A DNA stretch of 64,000 bases, from NCBI RefSeq assembly GCF_008831285.2, contig NC_045138.2, forward strand, positions 21,328,001-21,392,000. The letters run 5' to 3'. Below are positions 53,771 to 64,000 of this stretch, piece after piece. A program made the position numbers and the translations under genes. The notes under the pieces were generated by a model, which made no database searches, had not been told where the DNA came from, and saw nothing but the letters and a program-made list of their open reading frames with translations. Source of the stretch: Nymphaea colorata. Its lineage: Eukaryota. Position 1 is the first letter of the stretch. The number at the start of each line of letters is the position of its first letter.

Positions 53771-56091
53771 TTTTATAGATGCATACATAGAAGGATTTGT
53801 TCTTCTTGCCTTTGTACCCATAATCTTCTCCAGTGCAGAACTCCTTTTTGTTTATTATTTTGATAAAAATATTCAACCCAAAGTTTATTTAGTAAAGGCT
53901 AGTGGTCAACAAATGTCAATAGTAAATTCACCTATTTGTTGCAAATAAAATGTGCAATGTTGAGTTTTGAAATAGAAAGTATGACAAAGAGAGAAAGGTC
54001 CAGCCTCCAGGCAGAGATGCATTTCCACTTTTCCCTACAAGTTCCTAAACAAAAGGCTTCTAGTCCTTTCTTTTTCGCTTTTCACACGTGAAAACTGCAT
54101 ACAAGTCGAGAGACTTAGTCGCACACCTAAGGTGGTAAAAACCCAGTTGATGAACTTTTAGTTAATCATTTATAGTCTAAAAGTAGATTCTATTGGGTTG
54201 GTGCATGGCAGCTATCAAGCAGTCTGTCACAGTTTGATTGTGATAAACGCGCTTTTACTATGTTTGGATGGAGGGAAAGGGAAGATTATTAAAGCATAGA
54301 ATGTGATGAACAAAAAAAGAAGAAAACACCAAGTTGTTCTCTTTCATGTGATAGGAGCGTTGCTGTGAAAAATCATTTTGTGAAGTGAATCGGTTGGGCA
54401 GCCGATTAACTGAATTAGCTAATTTGTCGATTCATTTGGATCAATTATGACTAGACCTGAGCATCGGGCAGGCCCGGCCCGAGACTTACCAAAAGGTTAA
54501 AAAATGGCACCTTCTTGTGGCTTGAGGTTGAGGTAAGGTTGGTAGGCCAGTTTTCATATGTCAAAAACATTAATCAACCCATAGATAAGTTGAAGTACAA
54601 TGGGAGCGGCACAGAAAGCAGGTTTTGTATCTTACGAAAACAATAAGTTGCGTGAAAGCTTCATCTCTTTGAGGCGTGAGTCTTCCTCCTTCTCACCTGA
54701 ATAACACGCCATGCTTGGGACAACGAGTAATTTTTTGTACAATTTAAAACTGCATTTATTTTTTCTATTTTTTTAAAAAAATTAAGAACCTTTAAAGAGT
54801 TTTCCTTCATTAAAATCAAGTCACAGAAAAAGCATTTTTTCGAAAAAATGCAATAAATTAAATGGTCGTTTAAAACTTAAAAAATATTTTTTTGAAAAAA
54901 ATGTTAAAAACGAAAAAAACGCAAACCGCGATTGTGTTTTTAAGAATTTTTTGCACTTTTTTATTTTTTTTAGTTTTTTTAATGTCAAACAATTTTTTCG
55001 TTTTTTATTTTTTATTTATTACAAATCTACTTATCTTTTGATGTCTGTGTTATTAGTTTTTCACTTATTTTATTTTTTTAATTGTTAGTTTTTTAAAATT
55101 TTTAAAAAAATTATTCATTTTTTTCAAGCTCGCTATGTTATACTTTAAAAAACCTAGCCACTTAAAATTCTAAAATGTTATTTGTAACTACGATTAAAAT
55201 TCATTGAAAAGAAATATGAATTAATCAGCCGTTTTTTAAAATTTTTGTAGCCCCGACCAGTTTCGACGTGGATCGCATGAAAGGTGTAAAGGGCATTCAA
55301 CAAAAACAAACGAGCCGTGAAAAACTCACAGCTCCAAGTTTCTACGGCAATTAAATGTGCCGCCATTAATGGCGGTGGAGCGGTGGTGCTCTTCTTCTGC
55401 CACACCCACGCGCCAGCCATTGATGTGAAGACGGTGGGTGAGTGTGCATGTGCTAATTAATGATGCGGAAGCAGGCAGGCATTCGATCGGACGCAGAATC
55501 AGAGAGAAGCGTTGTTCATCTTCCAAATCGCTTCCCAAAGTAAAGTAATCTTGGATGGTGTTCCTCGTGAAAGAAGAAAACAAAAAGGGTCATCATTTAT
55601 GCTCAAACGGCGACCGTCCATCAAGCAATAAACGGCAGGGATTTTAGAAGAAGTGATTGGCCTCCGAGTTTCTTGCACGAGGGAATCATGAAACGGAGAA
55701 ACAGTAGCATGTTTCTTTAAAAGTAAGAAATCTTTGGGTGAATGGGATTGTTCATTAGTGAAATCATCGTCGTTGGAATTTTAACAACAGGTTTCTAATT
55801 TAATTCATGTGGATGTTAAGCTCGTTCGCCTCGCCTTAAAGTGGTAGGGCGCGAAATTGAAGTTGACAAATACAAAACTAACTACTATAGCTAATGTCGA
55901 TGCAGCCATAAACACGGGAGGCAAAAGAGGAATGAGGTCTAAGGATGAACCTGCTCACCCCAAAAAAAAGTTGGTTTATTGATCAGGTGATATTTAATTA
56001 CTTCAAATCTAAGGGTGGGCATCGGACCGGTCTATCGGACCCGGCCCAGGTTTTTCCTGGCCTAGGCCCATTCAAATATGAAACTGATGAG

Positions 56092-56563
56092 TAGGGGTGA
56101 ACAACGAGTTGAGTTACTCGAGCTCGACTCTTTAAAGCTTGGTTTGTGAACGAGTTCGAGTCGAGTCATTTGCTTAACAAGTCGAGCTCGAGTTTATGGG
56201 TCGACTCGTTCAAATAATCGAGCTGAGTTCGAGCTCAATGTGTAATTGCTGAGTCGAGCTCGAGCCTTAATCGAGTTTGTCGAGCCTTAATCAAGTCGAT
56301 ATGTTCAAATGAGTTTACGAGTTTGCCGAACCTTAATCGAGTCGAGCTCAAGTTCAACATGCAACGATGAATAACAATTTTATTCAAACGAGTTTGTCGA
56401 CCCTTAATCGAGTCGACCTCAAGCTCAACATGTAACTGCCATCGAGCTGCTTCCGTCGAGCTATTCTTAAGCTCAAATTAAATAGAGCTCAAGGTTTCAT
56501 TAGTCGAGCGGAGCTCGAGCTGATTGAACTCGGGCTCCCCGACTCGGCTCGTGTTCACCGCTA
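56092..56563. mobile_element. hAT-type MITE (GAGCTCGA-repeat family)
   Basis: TIRs TAGGGGTGAACA / TGTTCACCGCTA; TSD CTGATGAG / CTGACGAG (7/8); many TCGAGC repeats. Confidence 0.88.
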
Positions 56564-59500
56564 CTGACGAGGCATTTAATCACTTCAAATCTAAAATTGA
56601 GGGTAAGGATCCAACAAGCTTTGGTTTTAACTTTATTAACTTCAAAAATGCTGGAAACAAGTATTATCAATCACTTAACAACTCTTTTATTTTTTTTTTT
56701 TATAAGTCTTCCAAAATTATCCATAGTTTTAAATACAATAATAAACTTTTGTGGTGTTCCATTGATCGAAACACGGGGCTTGCCTTAAACTCATGGTCTT
56801 TGCCAGCTGCAAATTTTGGAAACCACGATCTTCATAATTCACGGAGCGATTAACTTCCAAATCCATGAATCACGGGTTAGCAGAGGCGATCATTACAGAT
56901 GCCAACGTCGTGACCTTGCGTCCTTTAAAGATTCAAGATACTCGCTAGAGATTTCGGAGTGGAAATTTCCAGATCTGAGATGAAATTTTTCATCTTCGAT
57001 CAGAATTCAAAACTAAAAAAAGGTGAGGATTTCGCAGGCCGCGGTCACTTCCAGCGATTCGCCGCTTTCACCCCCATTAAGCAAACAAGTCAATTCCGGA
57101 ATCTCCTTTCGGCACCCAGAGTCTCCTGGCCGTCAATTTGGATCATCACCCCAATAAAAGGAGGAACGAAATCCCGAAGCCAAAAAGATGGAGAAGATGT
57201 TTAATTTGCGCACGAAACATGTTTTCCTTTCTAATGCCTTCGATCATATGCTTCACACAGTGTGTTTGAGATATGTGGATTGATGTAAAAGAGAAAGGAA
57301 TAGGAGAGAAGGATAGAAAAAAAGAAGGCCATTGTTGCAGAAACGAATAAGTCCAGAAGAATCGAGCAATGAAAGGTAGAGAGAGAGAGAGAGAAAGGCC
57401 GTCCCCTTTTCTTGATGGTCGGTGGGAGCATCCGGTGGAGTGGGACCAAATGGCGCCTCCTTCCTCCTCCTCCTCCTCCTCTCTCCTTTTTGTTCTTTGG
57501 AGATTGGAACAGATCTTCACTGATAAGGAGAGGTCTTCGTTCCCGCTCCACTCGCTCAGCCTCCTTTAATTATTGTTAATCCATTATTGAGAGAGGGACA
57601 GAGAGACAGAGAGAGAGAGAGAGAGACGTCCATTCCCATCTAAGCTTTAAGCATTATGTTAGAGATGATGTCCCCTTGGTTGGGCCAGCTGGTAAGAGTT
57701 GGTTGGGCCGGCGCGCCTCGTAGGAGGTGAGCGCTAGCCTCACTTCTCGTGGATGTTTTTGAGTGAGCGCGAGGTTGACAACCCACTACCGAGAAAAATA
57801 CGCTCCAAAGCCTCCCCAGGTTCCAGGCCGTGTTTGGACCTGGTTGGGATACGACATGCATGTCGACTAAAGTATTAGGTCGACTAAAATGTCGAGATCC
57901 AATTGTTTATAGTTCAGACGAGTAGCACTCACGAGAATCAAACCAACAACATGTCTTATATGTGACCATCTGTTCTATCAGCTATGCTACGACCATCGAA
58001 GTAGCTTTGATGGATGTTGATTATTTTTCCAAGTCAAAGCAAATAGTCGTAGCACAGCTGGTCGAACACTGAGAAAAAAAAACTGCTCATACCAACTTCT
58101 CTGGTTTTTAAAGAAGAGTAGGGCTTATGGGAATCGAACAGGAGATGTGCCACTTTATGGGCCTCGGGCTGTATGAGGATCGCTTTGTAGGTGTGGGTAC
58201 AATTTGTTATTTTAATTGGGTTCTTTGAGTTTGGATAAGGTTTTATAAAGTTTAATACATACTATATGGTTAAACTATGACATTGACCTAAAAGGGCTGG
58301 GCTTGCCAAGGTGATTTATTGATCCTCTTATCATGTTATTGGGATGTTCTCATTTTAAAATAGTGAAGAGAGTTTTCCAATGTGCTTACCTACCTCTTTT
58401 TATAAGCAAAGAGTAGGCAAACATACTTTTCCATACATAGCCAATCATTGTATCATATATATATATATTCAATTAAGTATGAATATACCAACATGTTTGT
58501 TTAAGCATAAAACATGGTTTAATTGTTTTCATGGAAAAGATTGATTTTTATATTAGAAAATCACAAAAAATATTGTACAAAAGAAAATGGTCAATATCAA
58601 ACAGACATAGCAATCTGGCCCAGAATCATAAAGCTGTCTGACCTGTTACCTTACCTAGAGGGTTGAAGTTTCCTGTAGGTTGTGTGAAGAGTTGAGGTCT
58701 TGAATTCCAGAATTTTACATGGGGCCTGACATTAGCATGCCAACACCACCTTGGGACTAGAGCTTTGTTTCTATTCACCTTGTCCCATTACAGGGAAGGA
58801 AAAAAGAAAAATAAACTTATGAAGAGATGGACTTAGTTTCTAATTGTTTATTTAACAAACTAAGTGTTTCATTTCGCATCAAAGCGTGTGGTAATCTCAC
58901 AAAAAGTAGATCGGATATCAAACAAAGCAAGTCAATATCAACTATTTAAGACTTCGTCACGATAATAAAGAGTAATTGTTTGCCATTAGTAAACTTTTCA
59001 TAAAGTAAATCTCTCTCTCTTTCTCTTTCTCTCTCCAAAAAATTAGTAAGCACCTTGGATGCTAGGCTGATGAAGAACCATCTTAGTCCTTCATATTTTT
59101 TACATAGAAAAAAAATGTGTAAACTAATACTAAATAAAAGAAAAAAAGTCTTATAGTCTTTTTCTCTTTGTTTTTCTCTCAATCTTTGATATGAAAAATA
59201 TCAATAATTGAAATTGTTCTTTATTCATATGTTGTTTAATTAATGATTTTTTTTAAAAAAAAAACCTCCTTTACTTCTTCCACTGCTGCCAGTAGCTGCC
59301 TCGGCTCAACCCATCACAGCGGAAGGGTGAGAGCAATTAGGGCTCCCCCATTGTCCTTCCGCCACATTCCCTCCACTCAATGTTGGTGGAGAGAAGTCCG
59401 AGTAAGAAGCCAAGTGGGAAGAAGAAAGAGTGAGAGAGTGAGAGCTGATCAAATGGGAATGCATAACAAAATTTGAGGACAAGAAGTCCCTTATATACAA

Positions 59501-59805
59501 GAACAAACTACTGCAAAAACAAAATAAAAGAACAAAATATACAAGACAACAACACAATAAAACATAATAACAGGGATGAGAAGAGACTGGATAGACGAAG
59601 GGATAAAGTTACCCAATAGCAAATGAAAGACAGTGTCGTAGCCAAATAACAAAGTGAACATCCCTCAAAACAAAACGTGCCATAAAATCCAGCGATGAGG
59701 AGGTGCCCCTAAAGAGAAAGAGATGGATATGAATCATCTGATACAAATTAGAGATGACACAAGGTTTGATGTTACTCAGTGCCCACTAAGTATGGAGTCA
59801 CTATT

Positions 59806-59807
<2 letters not shown>

Positions 59808-59882
<75 letters not shown>
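59808..59882. repeat. (AT)n microsatellite
   Basis: Directly visible. Confidence 0.95.
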
Positions 59883-59887
<5 letters not shown>

Positions 59888-61701
59888 CTAGATGTCACTA
59901 TTCAATATATAGACACCTAGATACATGCGGGACAATTTCAACCCTAACTCTTTTTCAAATTAGTAGCATAAATAATACAAGGAGGACAATATCCAAAGTA
60001 ATACTAGATGACAACAATGCTCTATCATCCTTTTTTTCTCCTTGTTTATTTTTATAGAAAAAATCTAGGGCTAAAATTGTGACGTGTTTGCCTAGAATAT
60101 ATGTTTGGGTGGGACACGATTGCGTGAGGATAAGCAATAACGATAATGGCTTGATGTGTCCGCTTCTCCTCTTAATCATGCTTCTAACAAGTTGCGCACT
60201 TTTCCCAACCTATGCTCATTTATATCAAATTGTTTTCTAGTCTGAAGTGGCGCCTCCGAAGTTGAACTACATCACATAAATGGCTAATAATTCAAACGAT
60301 TTGAATCTTATTCGAATTTGGCAATTTGCGGTGCACTTTTGAATGTCTGGTGGAGTTGGATAAGACTTTGAATCCTGAATTTTTTTTTCTTCAAGGTTGC
60401 CTTTTCCCTCGAGATGTTAGTTGAGAGTTTTATAAGACCAAGAACACAAGATATAAAAGTCGTGTACCAATTTCATATATATAGAAAAGAGAATTATTTC
60501 TAGCATTTCTTTTCCGATGTTTGACGCATTGTGTACATCTTGACTTGTTTTTTTTTTTTTTTTTGTTTCTCACTCGTTCATCATATGCCGCGTTATTTCA
60601 CCCTTCAACTTGAGTATCCGAATCACTTAGTAGCTGAGGTTCGATGCGCCACCAGCCGGCCTCGGTAGGGCTTAGTCCCCTAAGACCTATAATTTCACCT
60701 ACCTTTCAACGACCGTGTTACATTGCAGACCTTCGATTCAAACACGGCCTAATGGAACAAACACATGTAATTGAAGTTGAGAGTTGTAAATGCGGGAAAC
60801 AAGTCACTCGATTTCAAATCCATTTAGTCCCATCTCATAAAAAAAAAATACGGATCCAATTACTAATGGGACCCAGCCATGACATGCAGCTCCAAGTCCA
60901 AATCAAATCTGAGTTCGAATTTGGCATCTCTTGATTGGATCGAGATTCAGGTCCGACAATATAAAGGTACGGGGTTAGGTCGGATCCGGTGAAAGCTGGA
61001 TCGGGTCGGAGTTCGGGCCACAAAACGAGGGCCTGCCGCGCCGGATGCACGTCCGGACACCGAAAATTAATAAATCCCGACAAAAAAGATGGCGCCCTTA
61101 TTTATGGCCTTTATTTATTTATTTACTATTATTATTATTTAAGTGAATATTTAGGAGCGGTTCGACTTCAACGTCTGGGAGAGAGGTGTGGCTGACGTCA
61201 TCCAATCTAAGGTGGTCCCCACGCTGTTTGTTCTGGAAAGATCGTTTCGGGGGACGCGATCTGTCATTTCCCTTTTAATCATTGTTTATGATTAATTAAG
61301 TGGAAATCGAGAAACAATTAAAGTGTCTCTGACTCGTTAAGGAAGGAATGTCAAAAGTTCCCAGTTCTTTTTAATTACAAAATTAAGCGCCACCCCATAA
61401 TTGGACGGTCAGAGCCTCGCGTTGACCGAGTCTTCCCGTTGACCTCTTTCTAAATATGTGGACCTTTTTTCTTTTTAAATTTACTTATTTATTTCTGCCG
61501 ATTTATGTTGCTGGAATTTAAAAAAAAAAAAAACGTTTTTCGTAAATAATTTTTAATCCACTTTTTTGAAAAATGATGAGCACGTTTTCTGGAAAGAACC
61601 GTTGGAAGGAGGTCCCTTTGTGGGAAAAAAGGAAAATTTTAGCCTCTAATCAAAGTGAATCGGCCTTCCGTCGCTCGCTTTAGGTTTTTCGCCGGGAGCG
61701 C

Positions 61702-62024
61702 GGGCCCCACCTCCAGGACGCGGAGAGCGTGACGTGTGAGGTACTCCGGGGCCCCACTCGCTGGGCGGCCGTCCGATGGCCGCATCGGACGGCTGTCCGC
61801 ATCCTCTCCACTGCACTGCCCATCACGTGGTGGGGCCCGGCGGTACTGATACTGAGACGTAGACCTTTCACGAGCGGAGAGTGCGAGACCCAATGACGGG
61901 GGGACACGTGGAAAATCGTGCTCGATTAGTCCAAATCAGGTCGCCACGTGGTAATTAATAATCTTGGTAAAATCTGCTCAGTGGATGGAGCAACCAGATC
62001 GCGCCACGTGTACGGTTGCACGTG
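61702..62024. promoter_or_regulatory. GC-rich cluster of G-box (CACGTG) and TCP-like (GGGCCCCAC) motifs; candidate enhancer or promoter
   Basis: CACGTG at 61824, 61905, 61945, 62005 and 62019; GACGTG near 61731; GGGCCCCAC at 61702 and 61749, and reverse at 61830. Confidence 0.6.
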
Positions 62025-64000
62025 AAGCGCCCTGCCGCCGGATCGCCCAGCCCTTCCGCCCCGATGTCATGCGTATGGTTCACGCAGTCGGAGCCCCTTT
62101 CCGACCTTATATTTTTTTTTGCTAATTCCTTTTTTTTAATAAAAAAAATAAATTTTTAATAACCGAATCGGGCGTCATAAAATTTTAAACTTCGACAATT
62201 ATTTTCTTTTATTGTCTTCCTATGAAAATAAAAAACCTCCAGAAATTTAAGATAAAAAAATAAGCATTTAAACTAAAATTTGTGAACGGTTTATCAGGGA
62301 CCGCTACCTTTAGCAGAAGCTACTGGCTGTCTTCTTCTATTCACTAATAAGCAATGAGAGGTGACAATAACTAGTTTAAAATAAAATTCAAACACAAGTG
62401 TTTAAAAAAGGTACACTCTTTTTAGTTTGAAGCTGGTTAGAATCAATTGAAAATTCTTGAACTTTGTTCTTTAATTTCGGCTTAGTTAAAGGTCTGATAC
62501 CAATTGAAATTGAACCAGGATTTAGCCATATACTAGTCACTTGCCCCCGCCAATTAGCCTTCAATTCAATTGTTAGTATGTGGTTTTTAGGGTTTTTATT
62601 TTTCAATATTATCATATATATATATATATATTAATGGTAAAAATTTGTGGTTGATTTTTCTTTACCAACAAAAATACATCCAACTTTTCCTTTTGACAAA
62701 GGGAAGAGTGCCCATAGAAATCAAGCCGTAGTTACTCATACAAATCAAACGATAACCACCTCTGACAGGCAAGACTTTTGTCATCTTCGTATCTTGATTA
62801 ATATTTTTCCAAACCGAGGCATGTACACCTAAGTTTTCCTTTTATTTTTATTTTTCCTTGCGCGAAAGGTTAACAAATAAAGCTGGGAAAGATTGCTTAG
62901 TTCTGTGCGGACGAGCAGAAAACGAAGAAGGATTTTCTTAAGAAAATCCGGTGGAGCCCACGTTTGGTGGACGCAAATGCGGGTTGCTTTTTCCCACAGG
63001 AAGCGGTGCCGGTGCATCTTTTTTTCGCTCCCAATTCCCAAGGAACATCTTTCTCAGGAAACGCCTGCTCCATCTGCAGACTGTTGTCTTCGAGAGACGC
63101 AGGCCGTGACAAACACTCCGTTAAAAAGCCTTAAGCACGGACAAGCGAAAAAGCAACAGTAACGTTTTAGGTAACCCTGTTCTTTCTCCGCTCACCCACT
63201 TGTTCCGCCCGTCCACTCTCTTTCTACCTCTAACTCTAAGTTTTTTAGGTTTTTGAAATCTAGCTATGAATGTTAAATTGCTAATTAATTGAAAGCAAAA
63301 TACATTTATTTGATTCGTATCAACGCTAAATTACTAATTATTTGAAAGCAAATGACAAAATGTGTGACACTCTAGTTGACGACTGTCATGCTTTTCACGT
63401 ATAGATCCGATCAAAAAATTAAAGGAAAAGAAATTCATCATCTTCGAGCATTCATCTCAATGTGTGTGAAAGATCTATATATATAAGGGCAGAGCTAGGG
63501 GCCGACATGGGCCTTGACCCTTCCTTCAAACAAAAAATTACATGTAAATTTTAAAAAAATTATCTTATACGAAAATTTGAAATTTTATATCTCGGTCCTT
63601 ATTAAAATTTTGAAATTGTAAAAAATTCATCGCTTTGTCCTTGTAGATATACGTATATTTATATTTGAAAATTAAAAAAAGTAAGGAAATATTACAAAAA
63701 CATTTGCATCATGCCCTTGTTCACCGAAAGGAGAAAGAATTAAGATTGTTGGGAATAGGTTTTTGCTTGAAGGTGAATAAAGAATATAGCATGCATAATA
63801 TCCAGAACAAAACGTGTTTTGGAGTAGAAGTGAAGGAAATATAATTTATATTAAACGTGTTCCTCACAAGTGAACGATATGAACCCGTCTAAAAGGATAA
63901 CATTATCTTCAAAACATTATATTAAAAAAAAGGTGCATGACTTGACGTTTAAAACAAATGATTAAAAAAAAAATCCAGCTGTTTTTTGCTGGTTAATATC

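Noticed and set aside
57658..57857. Possible solo LTR (TGT...ACA)
   Set aside because: No 4-6-bp TSD, PBS or PPT.
51734..59920. ORFs with YIYI, RERE or LSLS runs
   Set aside because: Translations of (AT)n and (GA)n microsatellites.

Overview
Intron-rich flowering-plant nuclear DNA; no prokaryotic features, CRISPR, rRNA or tRNA were seen. Three protein-coding genes lie on the minus strand and were assembled by hand from GT-AG junctions. (1) Exons 1-2 of a ubiquitin-like-domain CTD phosphatase (UBLCP1-like); the rest appears to lie left of the window. (2) A complete 12-exon MAP65-3/PLEIADE-like gene (730 aa) with MSA and CHR motifs upstream. (3) A complete 7-exon tubulin-folding cofactor B gene (241 aa). 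The rest is DNA-transposon debris and repeats: a decayed hAT transposase in the UBLCP1 intron, many hAT MITEs with 8-bp TSDs, tandem duplications and microsatellites. From about 33 kb to the end no intact gene was recognised. The most notable observations are a 1.6-kb PIF/Harbinger-type element (TAA TSD) apparently carrying PPR and VARICOSE/EDC4-like gene fragments, an 87-bp near-perfect inverted repeat bracketing an apparently inverted part of a decayed multi-exon pseudogene, a long intronic foldback, and a dense G-box/TCP motif cluster near 62 kb. I cannot support a claim of a wholly new biological system from the sequence alone.
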